Source: Azonexus sp. (GTDB lineage Bacteria; Pseudomonadota; Gammaproteobacteria; Burkholderiales; Rhodocyclaceae). From it: a DNA stretch of 53,212 nt. Shown piece by piece: positions 20,888 to 30,831 of this stretch; position 1 is the stretch's first letter; each line of letters opens with the position of its first letter. A program made the translations under genes and the position numbers. The notes beneath the pieces were generated by a model. The model was not told the DNA's origin. It saw nothing but the letters and a program-made list of their open reading frames with translations, and did no database searches. The stretch lies in contig DAOLIO010000002.1 in the NCBI GenBank assembly GCA_035328505.1, positions 1 to 53,212 on the forward strand. Direction: 5' to 3'.

Positions 20888-22510
20888 TCAACGACGCAAC
20901 AGTCGGAATGTTTCCTTGCGGTCGCCGGGACGGTTGCCTTCCCATACCTTGATCCAACTGTTGTTCGGCGCAGCCAGTTCACGTCGTTTGTCGCCGACGA
21001 CCAGCAGCCAGTTGCAGGCTTGTCCTGCCTTGGAAGACTCCGCCACTGGTTCAATGGCGACAAAGTATGATAGCGAGGCGAGTTGAGTGGCATTCAAACC
21101 GCGTTCAGCCAGGCAACCATGATCGGGTGGCAAGGAATTGGCGATGGCCTGAGCGACCAGCCGGTAAGATTTGTTGTAATCAAACCAGGGCATCACCAAG
21201 GTTGTTGCCAGTAGCCAGAGCGTTGTAAAGCCCATCGTCCAGTGCGTGAGACTGCGGTAGGGCGATCGCGGCGCAGTGGAAATCAGCCAGATCCACCAGC
21301 CTGTGGCCACAATCCCGATAACAAACCCCAATAGATTGAATTCAGCCACAAATCCGGGGCGCAGCACCAGTGCACGTTTTGCCATTGTCGCAGGCCAGCC
21401 AAGAACCATTGCTGACCAGCCAAGCCAGACAATGCCAACAAATACACTGAAGGTCGACATGGCAAACCAGTCGAACGCATTGGCTGATCCACGTCGCAAG
21501 GCCAGTGCGCCAGGCGTTGCCAGCAGTGCCAAGGGTGGCAACAACAGCAGCGCAGGGATTTGACGAGGGCGGTATGCCCAGGCAAGCATGAGCAAGGTGA
21601 TGAGCAGGAACGCTAGTGGTAGAAGCTGATCTGGTGCCTTGATATTTTTGCGCCGGATCCACAGCGTCCATCCAGCCAACGGAAATGCCGGAAAGGCAAA
21701 CCATGGCAACATGATCAGGAAACTGCTCCACCCCATGAGCGAGAACGGCGTTTTGAGCGGCGCAAGTTCCGTGGTCAGCCAGCCGTGAAATCGGGCTGGT
21801 TCAAAACTGAGGAGCGACAGTGGCCAGGGTACGATCAAGGCCGATGCCAACAACAGACCGATAGATAGCGTCTGCAATGCTTTCGGGCGATTTGGCGATA
21901 ACCACCATGCGACGGGCGCAATCACAAGCAGGGGCAGGGTGGGGGCAATACCGGTTCCAAGCAGGCAGATGGCTACTGAGAGCCCGTAAATGATGCCAGC
22001 CGGTTTGGGTTTGCGTTCGATTGCTGCAAGTGCACCCAGCGTGCCGGCATAGGCGGCGAGCGCAATAAGCATCGGTTGAGCATCGTGAGCATGAAAAAGA
22101 AGTCCCGCGCAACCGGCAAGCAGCAGCGGTCCTGCCGCAGCATCCTCTTCGCCATAAAGTTCTCGGCTGGCGTAATAAAGGCCCATCAAGGTCAGTGTGA
22201 CCCAGATGCCACTGGCCAGCCGCATGGCTTCATGCGCCGGCAAGAGCCACCCAAAAATCTTCCCGGTAATGGCCGCACTCCAGTAATAGAGTGGAGGCTC
22301 ATGGAATGGTCGGCCGGCCAAGTCTGGAGAGAGCCAGTCTCCGTAGTGCAGCATGTGCCAGGCAGTGCCGATGTGGATGGCATCCTCTCCCTTCCACGGG
22401 TCGCGACCAAACAGACCCGCGAGTACGTAGAAGGCGAGCATGGCTGCCAGCATCCATCCCGATGGGGGGAGACGAATGCCGCGACGTATCAGAGAGAGAA
22501 AATCAGGCAT
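20888..22510 (-). CDS. ArnT/PMT-like (GT-C fold) membrane glycosyltransferase
   Basis: RDPWKGED after the first TM, EPPLYYW, many TMs, YNKSY near the C-terminus. Confidence 0.8.
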   Translation of the reverse strand: MPDFLSLIRRGIRLPPSGWMLAAMLAFYVLAGLFGRDPWKGEDAIHIGTAWHMLHYGDWLSPDLAGRPFHEPPLYYWSAAITGKIFGWLLPAHEAMRLASGIWVTLTLMGLYYASRELYGEEDAAAGPLLLAGCAGLLFHAHDAQPMLIALAAYAGTLGALAAIERKPKPAGIIYGLSVAICLLGTGIAPTLPLLVIAPVAWWLSPNRPKALQTLSIGLLLASALIVPWPLSLLSFEPARFHGWLTTELAPLKTPFSLMGWSSFLIMLPWFAFPAFPLAGWTLWIRRKNIKAPDQLLPLAFLLITLLMLAWAYRPRQIPALLLLPPLALLATPGALALRRGSANAFDWFAMSTFSVFVGIVWLGWSAMVLGWPATMAKRALVLRPGFVAEFNLLGFVIGIVATGWWIWLISTAPRSPYRSLTHWTMGFTTLWLLATTLVMPWFDYNKSYRLVAQAIANSLPPDHGCLAERGLNATQLASLSYFVAIEPVAESSKAGQACNWLLVVGDKRRELAAPNNSWIKVWEGNRPGDRKETFRLLRR

Positions 22511-22524
22511 CTCGGCCAGAAATG

Positions 22525-22551
22525 AAAAAGGCAGCCATCAGGCTGCCTTTT
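22525..22551 (-). terminator. Intrinsic terminator after rpmE
   Basis: AAAAAGGCAGCC-ATCA-GGCTGCCTTTT, a perfect stem with A/T tracts on both sides. Confidence 0.85.
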
Positions 22552-22570
22552 ATACCGTAATTCAAGTGGA

Positions 22571-22795
22571 TCAGGCAGCAGCCTTGCCGCGCATCGCACC
22601 GAATTTCTGATTGAAGCGTTCGACGCGACCGGCAGTGTCCACAATTTTCTGCTTGCCGGTGTAGAACGGGTGGCAGAGGGAGCAAACTTCAACGTGGAAG
22701 CTGTCTTTGGCCATGGTTGAACGGGTCGTGAAGGTGCTGCCGCATGAGCAGGCGACTTGCACTTCTTTGTAATTCGGGTGGATATCGGCTTTCAT
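22571..22795 (-). CDS. rpmE: 50S ribosomal protein L31 (Zn-binding type A)
   Basis: MKADIHPNY...CSCG...[28 protein letters not shown] at 22795 follows AAAGGA. Confidence 0.96.
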   Translation of the reverse strand: MKADIHPNYKEVQVACSCGSTFTTRSTMAKDSFHVEVCSLCHPFYTGKQKIVDTAGRVERFNQKFGAMRGKAAA

Positions 22796-22849
22796 CTTTT
22801 GTCCTTTAAACGAGCGACCGGCGGATGTGGCCGATCTGGGAAGCACGTG

Positions 22850-22878
22850 ATTATCCTAGAATATTGACGTGCTTGCAA
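22850..22878 (-). promoter_or_regulatory. Sigma70 promoter of rpmE
   Basis: Minus strand TTGCAA-17 nt-GATAAT. Confidence 0.6.
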
Positions 22879-22887
22879 TATTTATGA

Positions 22888-24147
22888 TTAGCCCCGGCGC
22901 ATTGCGTCGAAAAATTCCTGGTTACCCTTGGTTGATTTGACCTTGTCGAGCAGAAATTCCATCGCCTCAAGATCATCCATCGGGTAGCAGAGCTTGCGCA
23001 GTACCCACATTTTTTGCAGGACGTCCGGCTTGAGCAGCAGTTCTTCGCGGCGGGTACCGGAGCGATTGACGTTGACTGCCGGATACATCCGCTTCTCGGC
23101 CATGCGTCGGTCGAGATGGATTTCGGAGTTGCCGGTTCCCTTGAATTCTTCGTAAATAACTTCATCCATGCGCGAACCAGTGTCGATCAGCGCGGTGGCG
23201 AGGATGGTCAGCGAGCCGCCCTCCTCGATGTTGCGCGCCGCGCCGAAGAAACGCTTCGGCTTCTGCAGCGCATTGGCGTCGACACCACCGGTCAGAACCT
23301 TGCCGGAAGCGGGTTGTACGGTGTTGTAGGCGCGGGCAAGGCGGGTAATCGAGTCGAGCAGGATGACGACGTCCTTTTTGTGCTCGACCAGACGCTTGGC
23401 TTTCTCGATGACCATTTCGGCTACCGCGACGTGCCGCGAGGCCGGTTCGTCAAAGGTTGAGGCAACCACTTCACCCTTGACCGTGCGGGTCATCTCGGTG
23501 ACTTCTTCCGGGCGTTCGTCGATCAGCAGAACAATCAGCACGACCTCCGGGTGATTGGCGGTAATGGCGTGGGCGATGTTCTGCAACATCACTGTCTTTC
23601 CGGTCTTTGGCGGAGCGACGAGCAGGCCGCGCTGACCGCAACCAACCGGGGCAATCATGTCGATGACGCGGCTGGTGATGTTTTCTTCCGACTTGATGTC
23701 CCGTTCGAGCTTCAGGTGACGCGTCGGGTGCAGCGGCGTCAGGTTCTCGAACATGATCTTGTTCTTGTTGGCTTCAGGCGGGAAGCCGTTGATTGACTCC
23801 AGCTTGGTCAATGCAACGTAGCGCTCGCCTTCCTTGGGTGTGCGAATTTCGCCTTCGACGGTATCTCCTGTTCGCAGGTTGAAGCGCCGGACTTGCGATG
23901 GCGAGACATAGATGTCGTCAGGGTTGGCCAGATAGGAGGTGTCCGAGGAGCGCAGAAAGCCGAAGCCATCCTGCAGCACTTCGAGCGTGCCGTCGCCGTA
24001 TATGGTTTCGCCGTTTTTGGCTTTAGCTTTCAGGATTGCGTAAATCAGTTCTTGCTTGCGCATCCGGTTGGCGTTTTCGATGACCAATTCGGTGGCCATA
24101 TCCAGCAGTTTGCTGACGTGTAGTGTTTTGAGTTCTGAGAGTTGCAT
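22888..24147 (-). CDS. rho: Transcription termination factor Rho
   Basis: [33 protein letters not shown] and [12 protein letters not shown]; 419 aa. Confidence 0.98.
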   Translation of the reverse strand: MQLSELKTLHVSKLLDMATELVIENANRMRKQELIYAILKAKAKNGETIYGDGTLEVLQDGFGFLRSSDTSYLANPDDIYVSPSQVRRFNLRTGDTVEGEIRTPKEGERYVALTKLESINGFPPEANKNKIMFENLTPLHPTRHLKLERDIKSEENITSRVIDMIAPVGCGQRGLLVAPPKTGKTVMLQNIAHAITANHPEVVLIVLLIDERPEEVTEMTRTVKGEVVASTFDEPASRHVAVAEMVIEKAKRLVEHKKDVVILLDSITRLARAYNTVQPASGKVLTGGVDANALQKPKRFFGAARNIEEGGSLTILATALIDTGSRMDEVIYEEFKGTGNSEIHLDRRMAEKRMYPAVNVNRSGTRREELLLKPDVLQKMWVLRKLCYPMDDLEAMEFLLDKVKSTKGNQEFFDAMRRG

Positions 24148-24310
24148 GTAGGGAGTATGTGGCGCCGAAGAATGGGGGGCCGGGCTGCTGCCCGAAAATC
24201 GGGGCGCAAGAGCTTGGTAGCTTTTGAGTGGGGATTGACGCCTAGGCGCGATGCCGGTGACGTCTGCCTGAAGGAGCAGAACGCTTCTTCAGGCAGGGAG
24301 ACTACGGAGA

Positions 24311-24637
24311 TTACAGGTTGCTGTCAATAAAGGCGGCAAGTTGGGACTTGGAGAGTGCGCCAACCTTGGTTGCTTCGATGTTGCCGTTCTTGAAAATCAT
24401 CAGCGTCGGGATGCCACGGATGCCGTACTTGGCTGGGGTTGCCTGATTGTCATCAATGTTGACTTTGGCAACTTTCAGTTTGCCAGCGTATTCGGTGGCA
24501 ACTTCGTCGAGAATTGGGGCGATCATTTTGCAAGGTCCGCACCATTCGGCCCAGTAGTCGACGAGAACGGGTTGCTGCGACTGCAGCACTTCCTCTTCAA
24601 ATGTGTCGTCGGTTACGTAATGAATGTGCTCGCTCAT
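24311..24637 (-). CDS. trxA: Thioredoxin
   Basis: WAEWCGPCK and GIRGIPTL, in the conserved trxA-rho order. Start at MSEHIHY after GAGG. Confidence 0.97.
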   Translation of the reverse strand: MSEHIHYVTDDTFEEEVLQSQQPVLVDYWAEWCGPCKMIAPILDEVATEYAGKLKVAKVNIDDNQATPAKYGIRGIPTLMIFKNGNIEATKVGALSKSQLAAFIDSNL

Positions 24638-24755
24638 GGTTGCCTCATGGATTGGGTGATACAAATAGGTAGAGATGCGCCGAGGTGGCGACAGGTATGT
24701 TGCATGATCCTAGCGAAAAAAGTATCGCTAGGGAAGCCTGGGTAGCAGGGTTTCG

Positions 24756-25352
24756 TCAGTGTTTCAGTAGATTCGCCAACTCGACAGCTGTTTTAACCTG
24801 CATTTTGTCGAAAATGTTCGCGCGATGCACCTCGACGGTGCGCATGCTGATATTCAGTTGATCAGCAATGACCTTGTTGAACTTGCCGGCCAGCACAAGC
24901 TCCATAATCTGTCGCTCACGCGTGGTCAATGTCGAAATTCTGGCTTTAACCGAGTCGACCGTGGCATTAGTGATACGCTGATTGGCGTCAACGGCCATGG
25001 CTTCTTCGATACGGGTGACCAGTTCATTGTCGTTGAAAGGCTTTTCAAAAAAGTCGAAAGCCCCTTTTTTAAGCGTGGCCACGGCAAGTGGCACATCACC
25101 GTGTCCCGTCAGGAATCTGATGGGTAATGCAGATTCGCGGGTGCATAATTCATCAAAGCAGTCCAGTCCGCTCATGCCGGACATACGCATGTCGAGAACG
25201 ATACAGCCAGCCATTTCCTTGCTCCATGCAGCGAGGAAACTTTCTGCGGATACGTAAGTGGCGCACGGGAGTCCACGTGATTTCAGTAGCCAGGAAAGTG
25301 CGTCGCGAATGGCCTCGTCGTCATCGACCAGATGGGCTAATGGCTGGATCAT
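24756..25352 (-). CDS. dctR: FixJ/LuxR-family response regulator, DctR-like
   Basis: LVDDDEAIRDAL, LDMRM, TGHGDV, EKP; HTH LTTRERQI...NKVIADQLNISMRTVEVHRA. Coupled to the kinase beside the dct transporters. Confidence 0.85.
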   Translation of the reverse strand: MIQPLAHLVDDDEAIRDALSWLLKSRGLPCATYVSAESFLAAWSKEMAGCIVLDMRMSGMSGLDCFDELCTRESALPIRFLTGHGDVPLAVATLKKGAFDFFEKPFNDNELVTRIEEAMAVDANQRITNATVDSVKARISTLTTRERQIMELVLAGKFNKVIADQLNISMRTVEVHRANIFDKMQVKTAVELANLLKH

Positions 25353-27334
25353 TCAGCTTCCAAAGGTAGGGTAAAGTTGAATATCGTACCGCGTCCGGTG
25401 GGCGATTGCGTATTGTCGTCAGCCCACAGTCGGCCGCGATGAAATTCGATGATCGATCGACAGATTGACAAGCCGATCCCCATGCCTTCCGGCTTGGTGG
25501 TGAAAAAGGCCGTGAACAATTTTTCGCGGACTTCCGGGGCAATGCCAGAGCCGCAGTCGGCAACCTTGACGAGCAACTCGGTATGGTTCGCGGTGATGCC
25601 GATCTGCAGCAGTCGATGGGCTTCTGGTGTGTCAGCCATCGCTTCCATGGCATTGCGAATTAGATTGAGTAGAACTTGTTCCAGCATAAGCCGGTCAGCC
25701 AGGATCGGTTGCAGCGTCGGAATGTCGCATGCAACGACGATGTGGCGCTTTCTGGCTTCCGCCTCAATGAAGCCCAGGCAGTCTTCGACAACTTCTCCGA
25801 GTTGGCAGGGTGCACGTTTCGGCTCGCTCTTGCGGACGAAGTCGTGTACTCGCCGGATGATCTTTCCTGCGCGCTGAGCCTGCAGACCGATTTTTTCCAG
25901 TGCCGGTAATATTTCGTTCGGGCTTGCCTGTCCGTTGTTCAATAGATTTAGGCAACCGGTGTTGTAGCTGGCAATTGCAGCCAATGGCTGATTGAGTTCG
26001 TGGGCCAGTGTTGATGCCATTTCGCCCATGGTGACCAAGCGTGATGTGAATTGGAGCTGCTCCTGCTGCTGGCGCGCCAGTTCTTCAGCGTGCTTGCGTT
26101 CAGTGATGTCGAGTACGGAGGCCATCCAGCCGGTATGCTTGCCATTCCCGTCAATGAGCTTGGCTTCGTATACAAGCGCATTGAAGCGTTCTCCGTTCTT
26201 GCGCATAAAGGTGATTTCGAAGCCATCCAGCGGCGCATTCCCAGATAGCACCGTCTGATGGATGGCATAGGTTTCTTCCAGTTCTTCGGGGGCCCAGTAG
26301 GGCATCGGGGGTGACTGGTTAACCAGTTCGTCTGCAGTGAAGCCGGTCATGCGACAGAACGCTGGATTCACATAAATGACCCGACCCAACAGATCGCGAG
26401 CGCGCATTCCTACGGTTAATGAGTCTTCCATGGCTGCCCGGAAGGCATGTTCGGAGCGTAACGCGTCCTCGACGTTGGCGCGTTTCTGAATCAGTTCCCG
26501 GACCAACCACAGGCTCCAGAAGACGCCCGCAGCAAGGAGCACGATGGCAGCGACCAGCAGGCGCTGTAGTGAATTGTCAGGGGTCCGATAGCTGGTAACA
26601 CGCAACAATAGCCCTGGGCCCGGTGGGTCGAAAGGGATTTCATAGCGCAAGTCGCTGTTGCCTTCGATGTGTGTTTTTGTTGCGTATTGAATATCGTTGT
26701 CGTCGACGATTTCGACCTTGTATTTTTCTGTAAACCACCATGGCACCTGATTGGCAAGCAGGTTGTCCAGGGTATAAACCAGCGCAAGCATTCCTGTGAT
26801 TTTATGCCCGTCAAATACCGGGATGAGCATTTCAATGACTGCTTTATTGCCCTCAATCAAAAAGGGATCGCTGTACTGTCGCTTGCCAAGCCGGCTTGCA
26901 AGCTCGAAGGCCTTTGCAGTTATTGGTGGCCCAAACGATTCCGTGTCATCTTCGGGTGGGCGGCCTGCTGGCAGGGCATCAATAACCTGTCGTTTGGTAT
27001 CGAACCAGATAACCTGTGCAATATCCGACGAATTTTTCAGCATATGTTCAGCGCGTAGCCGAAACAGTGTCTTGTCGTGTGGATTGCCCATGTCCAGCGC
27101 GAGTTGTTGTAGTTGCTCTTCATTGCTATTGAGATGGAAACGGAGATTTTGCTCAAGCCAAAGAACGTCTTTGATCAGGGCTGAACGATCTTCTTCGGTT
27201 TCGTTTCGGTGGAGCAGCCAGAGTAGTGCGATCAGTGCGGCGAGCAGGAGCACGATACCAAGTTTGGGCAGGGCTAGTAGCCAGCGTAGACGGCGAGAAT
27301 TACCAGAAATTGGCTGAGGAGCAATGTTCATCAC
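25349..27334 (-). CDS. dctS: C4-dicarboxylate sensor histidine kinase, DctS-like
   Basis: Two TMs flanking a periplasmic domain, a PAS (PPMPYW), H-box [21 protein letters not shown] and GMGIGL. Divergent from dctA. Confidence 0.85.
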   Translation of the reverse strand: MMNIAPQPISGNSRRLRWLLALPKLGIVLLLAALIALLWLLHRNETEEDRSALIKDVLWLEQNLRFHLNSNEEQLQQLALDMGNPHDKTLFRLRAEHMLKNSSDIAQVIWFDTKRQVIDALPAGRPPEDDTESFGPPITAKAFELASRLGKRQYSDPFLIEGNKAVIEMLIPVFDGHKITGMLALVYTLDNLLANQVPWWFTEKYKVEIVDDNDIQYATKTHIEGNSDLRYEIPFDPPGPGLLLRVTSYRTPDNSLQRLLVAAIVLLAAGVFWSLWLVRELIQKRANVEDALRSEHAFRAAMEDSLTVGMRARDLLGRVIYVNPAFCRMTGFTADELVNQSPPMPYWAPEELEETYAIHQTVLSGNAPLDGFEITFMRKNGERFNALVYEAKLIDGNGKHTGWMASVLDITERKHAEELARQQQEQLQFTSRLVTMGEMASTLAHELNQPLAAIASYNTGCLNLLNNGQASPNEILPALEKIGLQAQRAGKIIRRVHDFVRKSEPKRAPCQLGEVVEDCLGFIEAEARKRHIVVACDIPTLQPILADRLMLEQVLLNLIRNAMEAMADTPEAHRLLQIGITANHTELLVKVADCGSGIAPEVREKLFTAFFTTKPEGMGIGLSICRSIIEFHRGRLWADDNTQSPTGRGTIFNFTLPLEAE

Positions 27335-27369
27335 GAAAATGGTACCTCACGTTTATTCAGGCCGGGGAA

Positions 27370-27400
27370 TTGTGGTTTTCCACAAGTCGGATAACCACAA
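27370..27400. promoter_or_regulatory. Palindromic operator plus degenerate tandem copy upstream of dctA (candidate DctR site)
   Basis: TTGTGG-TTTT-CCACAA (27370-27385) then GTCGG-ATAA-CCACAA (27386-27400). The same motif recurs before dctP. Confidence 0.7.
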
Positions 27401-27483
27401 TTGTTGCTCTTGGGGGCTTTACGGATACTAGGGGCAGTTGTCCGGCATTTTCCGGCGAACGCAATCAGAGGAGCGAAAATTCC

Positions 27484-28833
27484 ATGGCTCAAAAATCAAT
27501 ATTCAAAAGTCTCTATTTCCAGGTCATTGTAGCCATCGTGATTGGGGTAGCACTCGGGCATTTCTATCCCGAAACCGGCGCGGCTATGAAACCGTTGGGC
27601 GATGGGTTCATCAAATTGATCAAGATGATCATTGCACCGATCATTTTTTGTACCATCGTGGTCGGTATCGCCGGTATGGAGGACATGAAGAAGGTTGGCA
27701 AAACAGGTGGTCTGGCGGTGCTTTACTTCGAAGTGGTGAGTAGTATTGCCCTGGTTATCGGATTGATTGTCGTGAATGTCTGGGCCCCGGGCGTCGGCAT
27801 GAATGTCGATGTCTCTACCCTTGATACAAAGGGTATTGCCAAATTCGCCGAACCCGGGAAGATGCAGACGACAGCCGAGTTCCTGATGAATATCATCCCG
27901 ACCAGCGTAGTAGATGCGTTTGCCAAGGGTGACATGCTGCAGGTGTTGTTTTTCTCGATCCTCTTTGGCTATGCAATGCATTCCTTCGGGGAGCGTGGCA
28001 AGCCGGTATTCGAGTTGATCGAAAAGCTGTCGCACGTGTTGTTCGGTATTGTGGGTGTCATCATGAAGGTTGCCCCTATCGGCGCGTTTGGTGCCATGGC
28101 CTATACCATCGGTAAGCATGGGGTGGGGAGTCTGACCCAATTGGCCAGCCTCATGGGTGCTTTCTATCTGACTTGCCTTATCTTTATTTTTGGTGTCTTG
28201 GGTAGCATTGCCAAGTTTCATGGCTTTTCCATCGTCAAATTAATCAAGTACATCAAGGAAGAGCTCTTTCTTGTACTGGGCACATCTTCTTCGGAGTCTG
28301 CCCTGCCACGTCTGATGGCCAAGATGGAAAATGCAGGTGCCCAGAAATCGGTCGTGGGTTTGGTGGTGCCGACAGGTTATTCATTCAATCTCGACGGTAC
28401 ATCGATCTACCTGACGATGGCTGCCGTGTTTATCGCTCAAGCGACCAATACGCCAATGGATCTTGGACAACAGATCACGCTCCTGGTCATTTTGTTGCTG
28501 ACCTCGAAAGGTGCGGCAGGTGTGACGGGTAGTGGCTTTATTGTGTTGGCCGCCACACTGTCAGCAGTCGGGACAGTACCCGTCGCTGGCCTCGCATTGA
28601 TTCTCGGCATTGACCGCTTCATGTCCGAGGCGCGCGCCTTGACCAACTTCGTAGGCAATAGCGTAGCGACGTTGGTCGTGGCCAAGTGGTGCAAGGCACT
28701 GGATGTTGATCGGATGAATGCCGTTCTCAATAATGAAACGGCCGATGAGGCAGACAATCCTGAACTTGTTTTGGATGATGCGCCCGAAGCGATGATCCCC
28801 CACGCGCCTCGCCCAATCGTCGATCATCATTGA
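27484..28833 (+). CDS. dctA: C4-dicarboxylate:cation symporter
   Basis: [47 protein letters not shown] and [13 protein letters not shown] at 27484 follows GAGGAG. Confidence 0.96.
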   Translation: MAQKSIFKSLYFQVIVAIVIGVALGHFYPETGAAMKPLGDGFIKLIKMIIAPIIFCTIVVGIAGMEDMKKVGKTGGLAVLYFEVVSSIALVIGLIVVNVWAPGVGMNVDVSTLDTKGIAKFAEPGKMQTTAEFLMNIIPTSVVDAFAKGDMLQVLFFSILFGYAMHSFGERGKPVFELIEKLSHVLFGIVGVIMKVAPIGAFGAMAYTIGKHGVGSLTQLASLMGAFYLTCLIFIFGVLGSIAKFHGFSIVKLIKYIKEELFLVLGTSSSESALPRLMAKMENAGAQKSVVGLVVPTGYSFNLDGTSIYLTMAAVFIAQATNTPMDLGQQITLLVILLLTSKGAAGVTGSGFIVLAATLSAVGTVPVAGLALILGIDRFMSEARALTNFVGNSVATLVVAKWCKALDVDRMNAVLNNETADEADNPELVLDDAPEAMIPHAPRPIVDHH

Positions 28834-28849
28834 TCTGGACTCCCAAATC

Positions 28850-28881
28850 AAAAACCCGCCGGCTGGTCCGGCGGGTTTTTT
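28850..28881 (+). terminator. Intrinsic terminator after dctA
   Basis: AAAAACCCGCCGG-CTGGT-CCGGCGGGTTTTTT. Confidence 0.9.
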
Positions 28882-28891
28882 CGTCTACTGA

Positions 28892-28907
28892 CTGTGGAAA
28901 TCCACAA
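28892..28907. promoter_or_regulatory. Palindromic operator upstream of dctP (candidate DctR site)
   Basis: CTGTGG-AAAT-CCACAA, matching the dctA site. Confidence 0.7.
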
Positions 28908-28987
28908 TACCCAGTTTTTCATTAATCCGTAATCATTTGAATACGCTGCAACTGTATTTTGCGGCGCCACTTCTGGAGGAGAGAATA

Positions 28988-29986
28988 ATGAAAGTATCCA
29001 AGCTTCTGATTGCCCTGTTTGCCGGAGCGCTGTCACTGGCTGCACATGCCCAGCAGCCCATCGTTATCAAGTTCAGTCACGTCGTGGCTGCCGACACACC
29101 CAAGGGAAAGGCAGCCGAAATGTTTGCCAAGAAGGCGAGCGAACTGACGAAAGGCAAGGTCAAGGTTGAGGTCTATGCCAATTCGACGCTTTACAAGGAC
29201 AAGGAAGAAATGGAGGCGCTGCAGTTAGGCGCCGTCCAGATGCTGGCACCCTCGCTGGCCAAGTTTGGACCATTGGGTGTCAAGGAATTTGAAGTGTTCG
29301 ATCTGCCGTACATTTTTGACAACTATGACGAGTTGCACAAAGTGACGACCGGCCCCGCCGGCAAGATGCTTCTCGCCAAGCTGGAACCCAAGGGAATACG
29401 CGGTTTGGCATACTGGGACAACGGATTCAAGTCGTTTTCGGCCAATACGCCGATCAAGGTGCCGGCCGATCTAAAGGGCAAGAAGATGCGCATCCAGTCT
29501 TCCAAGGTGCTTGAGGAGCAGATGCGCGCCCTTGGTGCCTTGCCGCAGGTGATGGCATTCTCTGAGGTCTATCAGGCGCTGCAGACAGGGGTGGTCGATG
29601 GTACCGAAAACCCGATTTCCAACCTCTATACCCAGAAGATGCACGAGGTACAGAAGTATCTGACGCTGACCGAGCATGGCTATTTGGGCTACGCGGTGAT
29701 CGTGAACAAGAAATTCTGGGACGGACTGCCGGCTGATATCCGCAAGCAACTTGAAGATGCGATGGAGCAGGCAACCCGCTACGCCAACCAGATTGCCAAG
29801 GTCGAGAACGACAATGCGCTTGAGGCCGTCAAGAAAAGCGGCAAGACGACGGTGTATGTGCCGACCAAGGAAGAGCGCCAAGCCTTCAAGAAGGCGCTGG
29901 TACCCGTGCATCAGAAAATGGAAAGCCGTATTGGCAAGGAGATCATCCAGACCGTGTATAAGGAAACCGGTTTTAACGGCCAGTAA
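28988..29986 (+). CDS. dctP: TRAP C4-dicarboxylate-binding periplasmic protein
   Basis: Signal peptide ending AHA; IKFSHVVA, WDNGFK, KMRIQSS and GVVDGTENP. ATG at 28988 follows GGAGGAG. Confidence 0.95.
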   Translation: MKVSKLLIALFAGALSLAAHAQQPIVIKFSHVVAADTPKGKAAEMFAKKASELTKGKVKVEVYANSTLYKDKEEMEALQLGAVQMLAPSLAKFGPLGVKEFEVFDLPYIFDNYDELHKVTTGPAGKMLLAKLEPKGIRGLAYWDNGFKSFSANTPIKVPADLKGKKMRIQSSKVLEEQMRALGALPQVMAFSEVYQALQTGVVDGTENPISNLYTQKMHEVQKYLTLTEHGYLGYAVIVNKKFWDGLPADIRKQLEDAMEQATRYANQIAKVENDNALEAVKKSGKTTVYVPTKEERQAFKKALVPVHQKMESRIGKEIIQTVYKETGFNGQ

Positions 29987-30005
29987 TCGATTGCGGCAAT
30001 ACCAA

Positions 30006-30029
30006 GTTCGGGGGTTGCTGCCCCCGAAC
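30006..30029 (+). other. Intercistronic stem-loop between dctP and dctQ
   Basis: GTTCGGGGG-TTGCTG-CCCCCGAAC with no U-tract, typical of hairpins that stabilise binding-protein mRNA. Confidence 0.6.
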
Positions 30030-30048
30030 CCAAATTGGGGGATCTCAC

Positions 30049-30831
30049 ATGATCAACAAGGCGCTCAATCACCTCGAAGAGCTGCTGGTAACCATACTGA
30101 TGGGGGCTGCGACACTGATCATCTTTGTGTCAGTCATGCATCGCTATCTGGCCGGGGTGGAAATTCCGGGCTTGCAGGATTGGCTGCTCAGTCTCAATTT
30201 CAGTTGGGCTCAGGAACTTTGCATCATCATGTTTGTATGGATGGCCAAGTTCGGCGCGGCATACGGGGTGCGTACGGGTATTCACGTTGGCGTTGATGTG
30301 CTGATCAACCGCCTGGATGACCGCGTCCGCGGAAAATTCATTGTCTTCGGACTGCTGGCCGGGGCTTTGTTTACGGGCACAGTCGGCGCGCTGGGTGCCA
30401 ATTTTGTCTGGGAAAACGGGGCGCATTACGCCTTTTTCAATTTTTTTGGCATCGAGGGTGTCGATCTCTATGAGGGGCCAACCACGCCGGACCTGGAGTG
30501 GCCGACCTGGATGGTCTACAGCGCGATCCCGCTCGGATCGTCACTGATGTGTTTTCGCTTTCTGCAGGTGGCTTGGGGATTCATGAAGACAGGCGAACTG
30601 CCCCATCACGACCATGGCCATGTTGAAGGGCTGGACGAAGAGGAGGGTTTGGCGGTCGATGTTGACGTCTACGGCATGGGCGACAATCTGCACATGCATG
30701 ATCTGAAGCACGAGCAATTGGGCGAGCGACGGGGGGGTGAAGAGCGTCGCCACGGGGACGACACGTCGGAGCGTGATCGTCGCCACGGTCAACGCCGAAA
30801 TTCGAACGAAAAGCAAGGAGGCCAGCAATGA
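30049..30831 (+). CDS. dctQ: TRAP small permease with extended charged C-terminal tail
   Basis: NHLEE, WAQELCI and GAAYGVRTGIHVGVD, about 4 TMs, located between dctP and dctM. Confidence 0.93.
   Translation: MINKALNHLEELLVTILMGAATLIIFVSVMHRYLAGVEIPGLQDWLLSLNFSWAQELCIIMFVWMAKFGAAYGVRTGIHVGVDVLINRLDDRVRGKFIVFGLLAGALFTGTVGALGANFVWENGAHYAFFNFFGIEGVDLYEGPTTPDLEWPTWMVYSAIPLGSSLMCFRFLQVAWGFMKTGELPHHDHGHVEGLDEEEGLAVDVDVYGMGDNLHMHDLKHEQLGERRGGEERRHGDDTSERDRRHGQRRNSNEKQGGQQ

Noticed and set aside
27226-27483. 86-aa N-terminal extension of DctA in the ORF track
   Set aside because: Overlaps dctS and the operator region; a strong RBS precedes ATG 27484.
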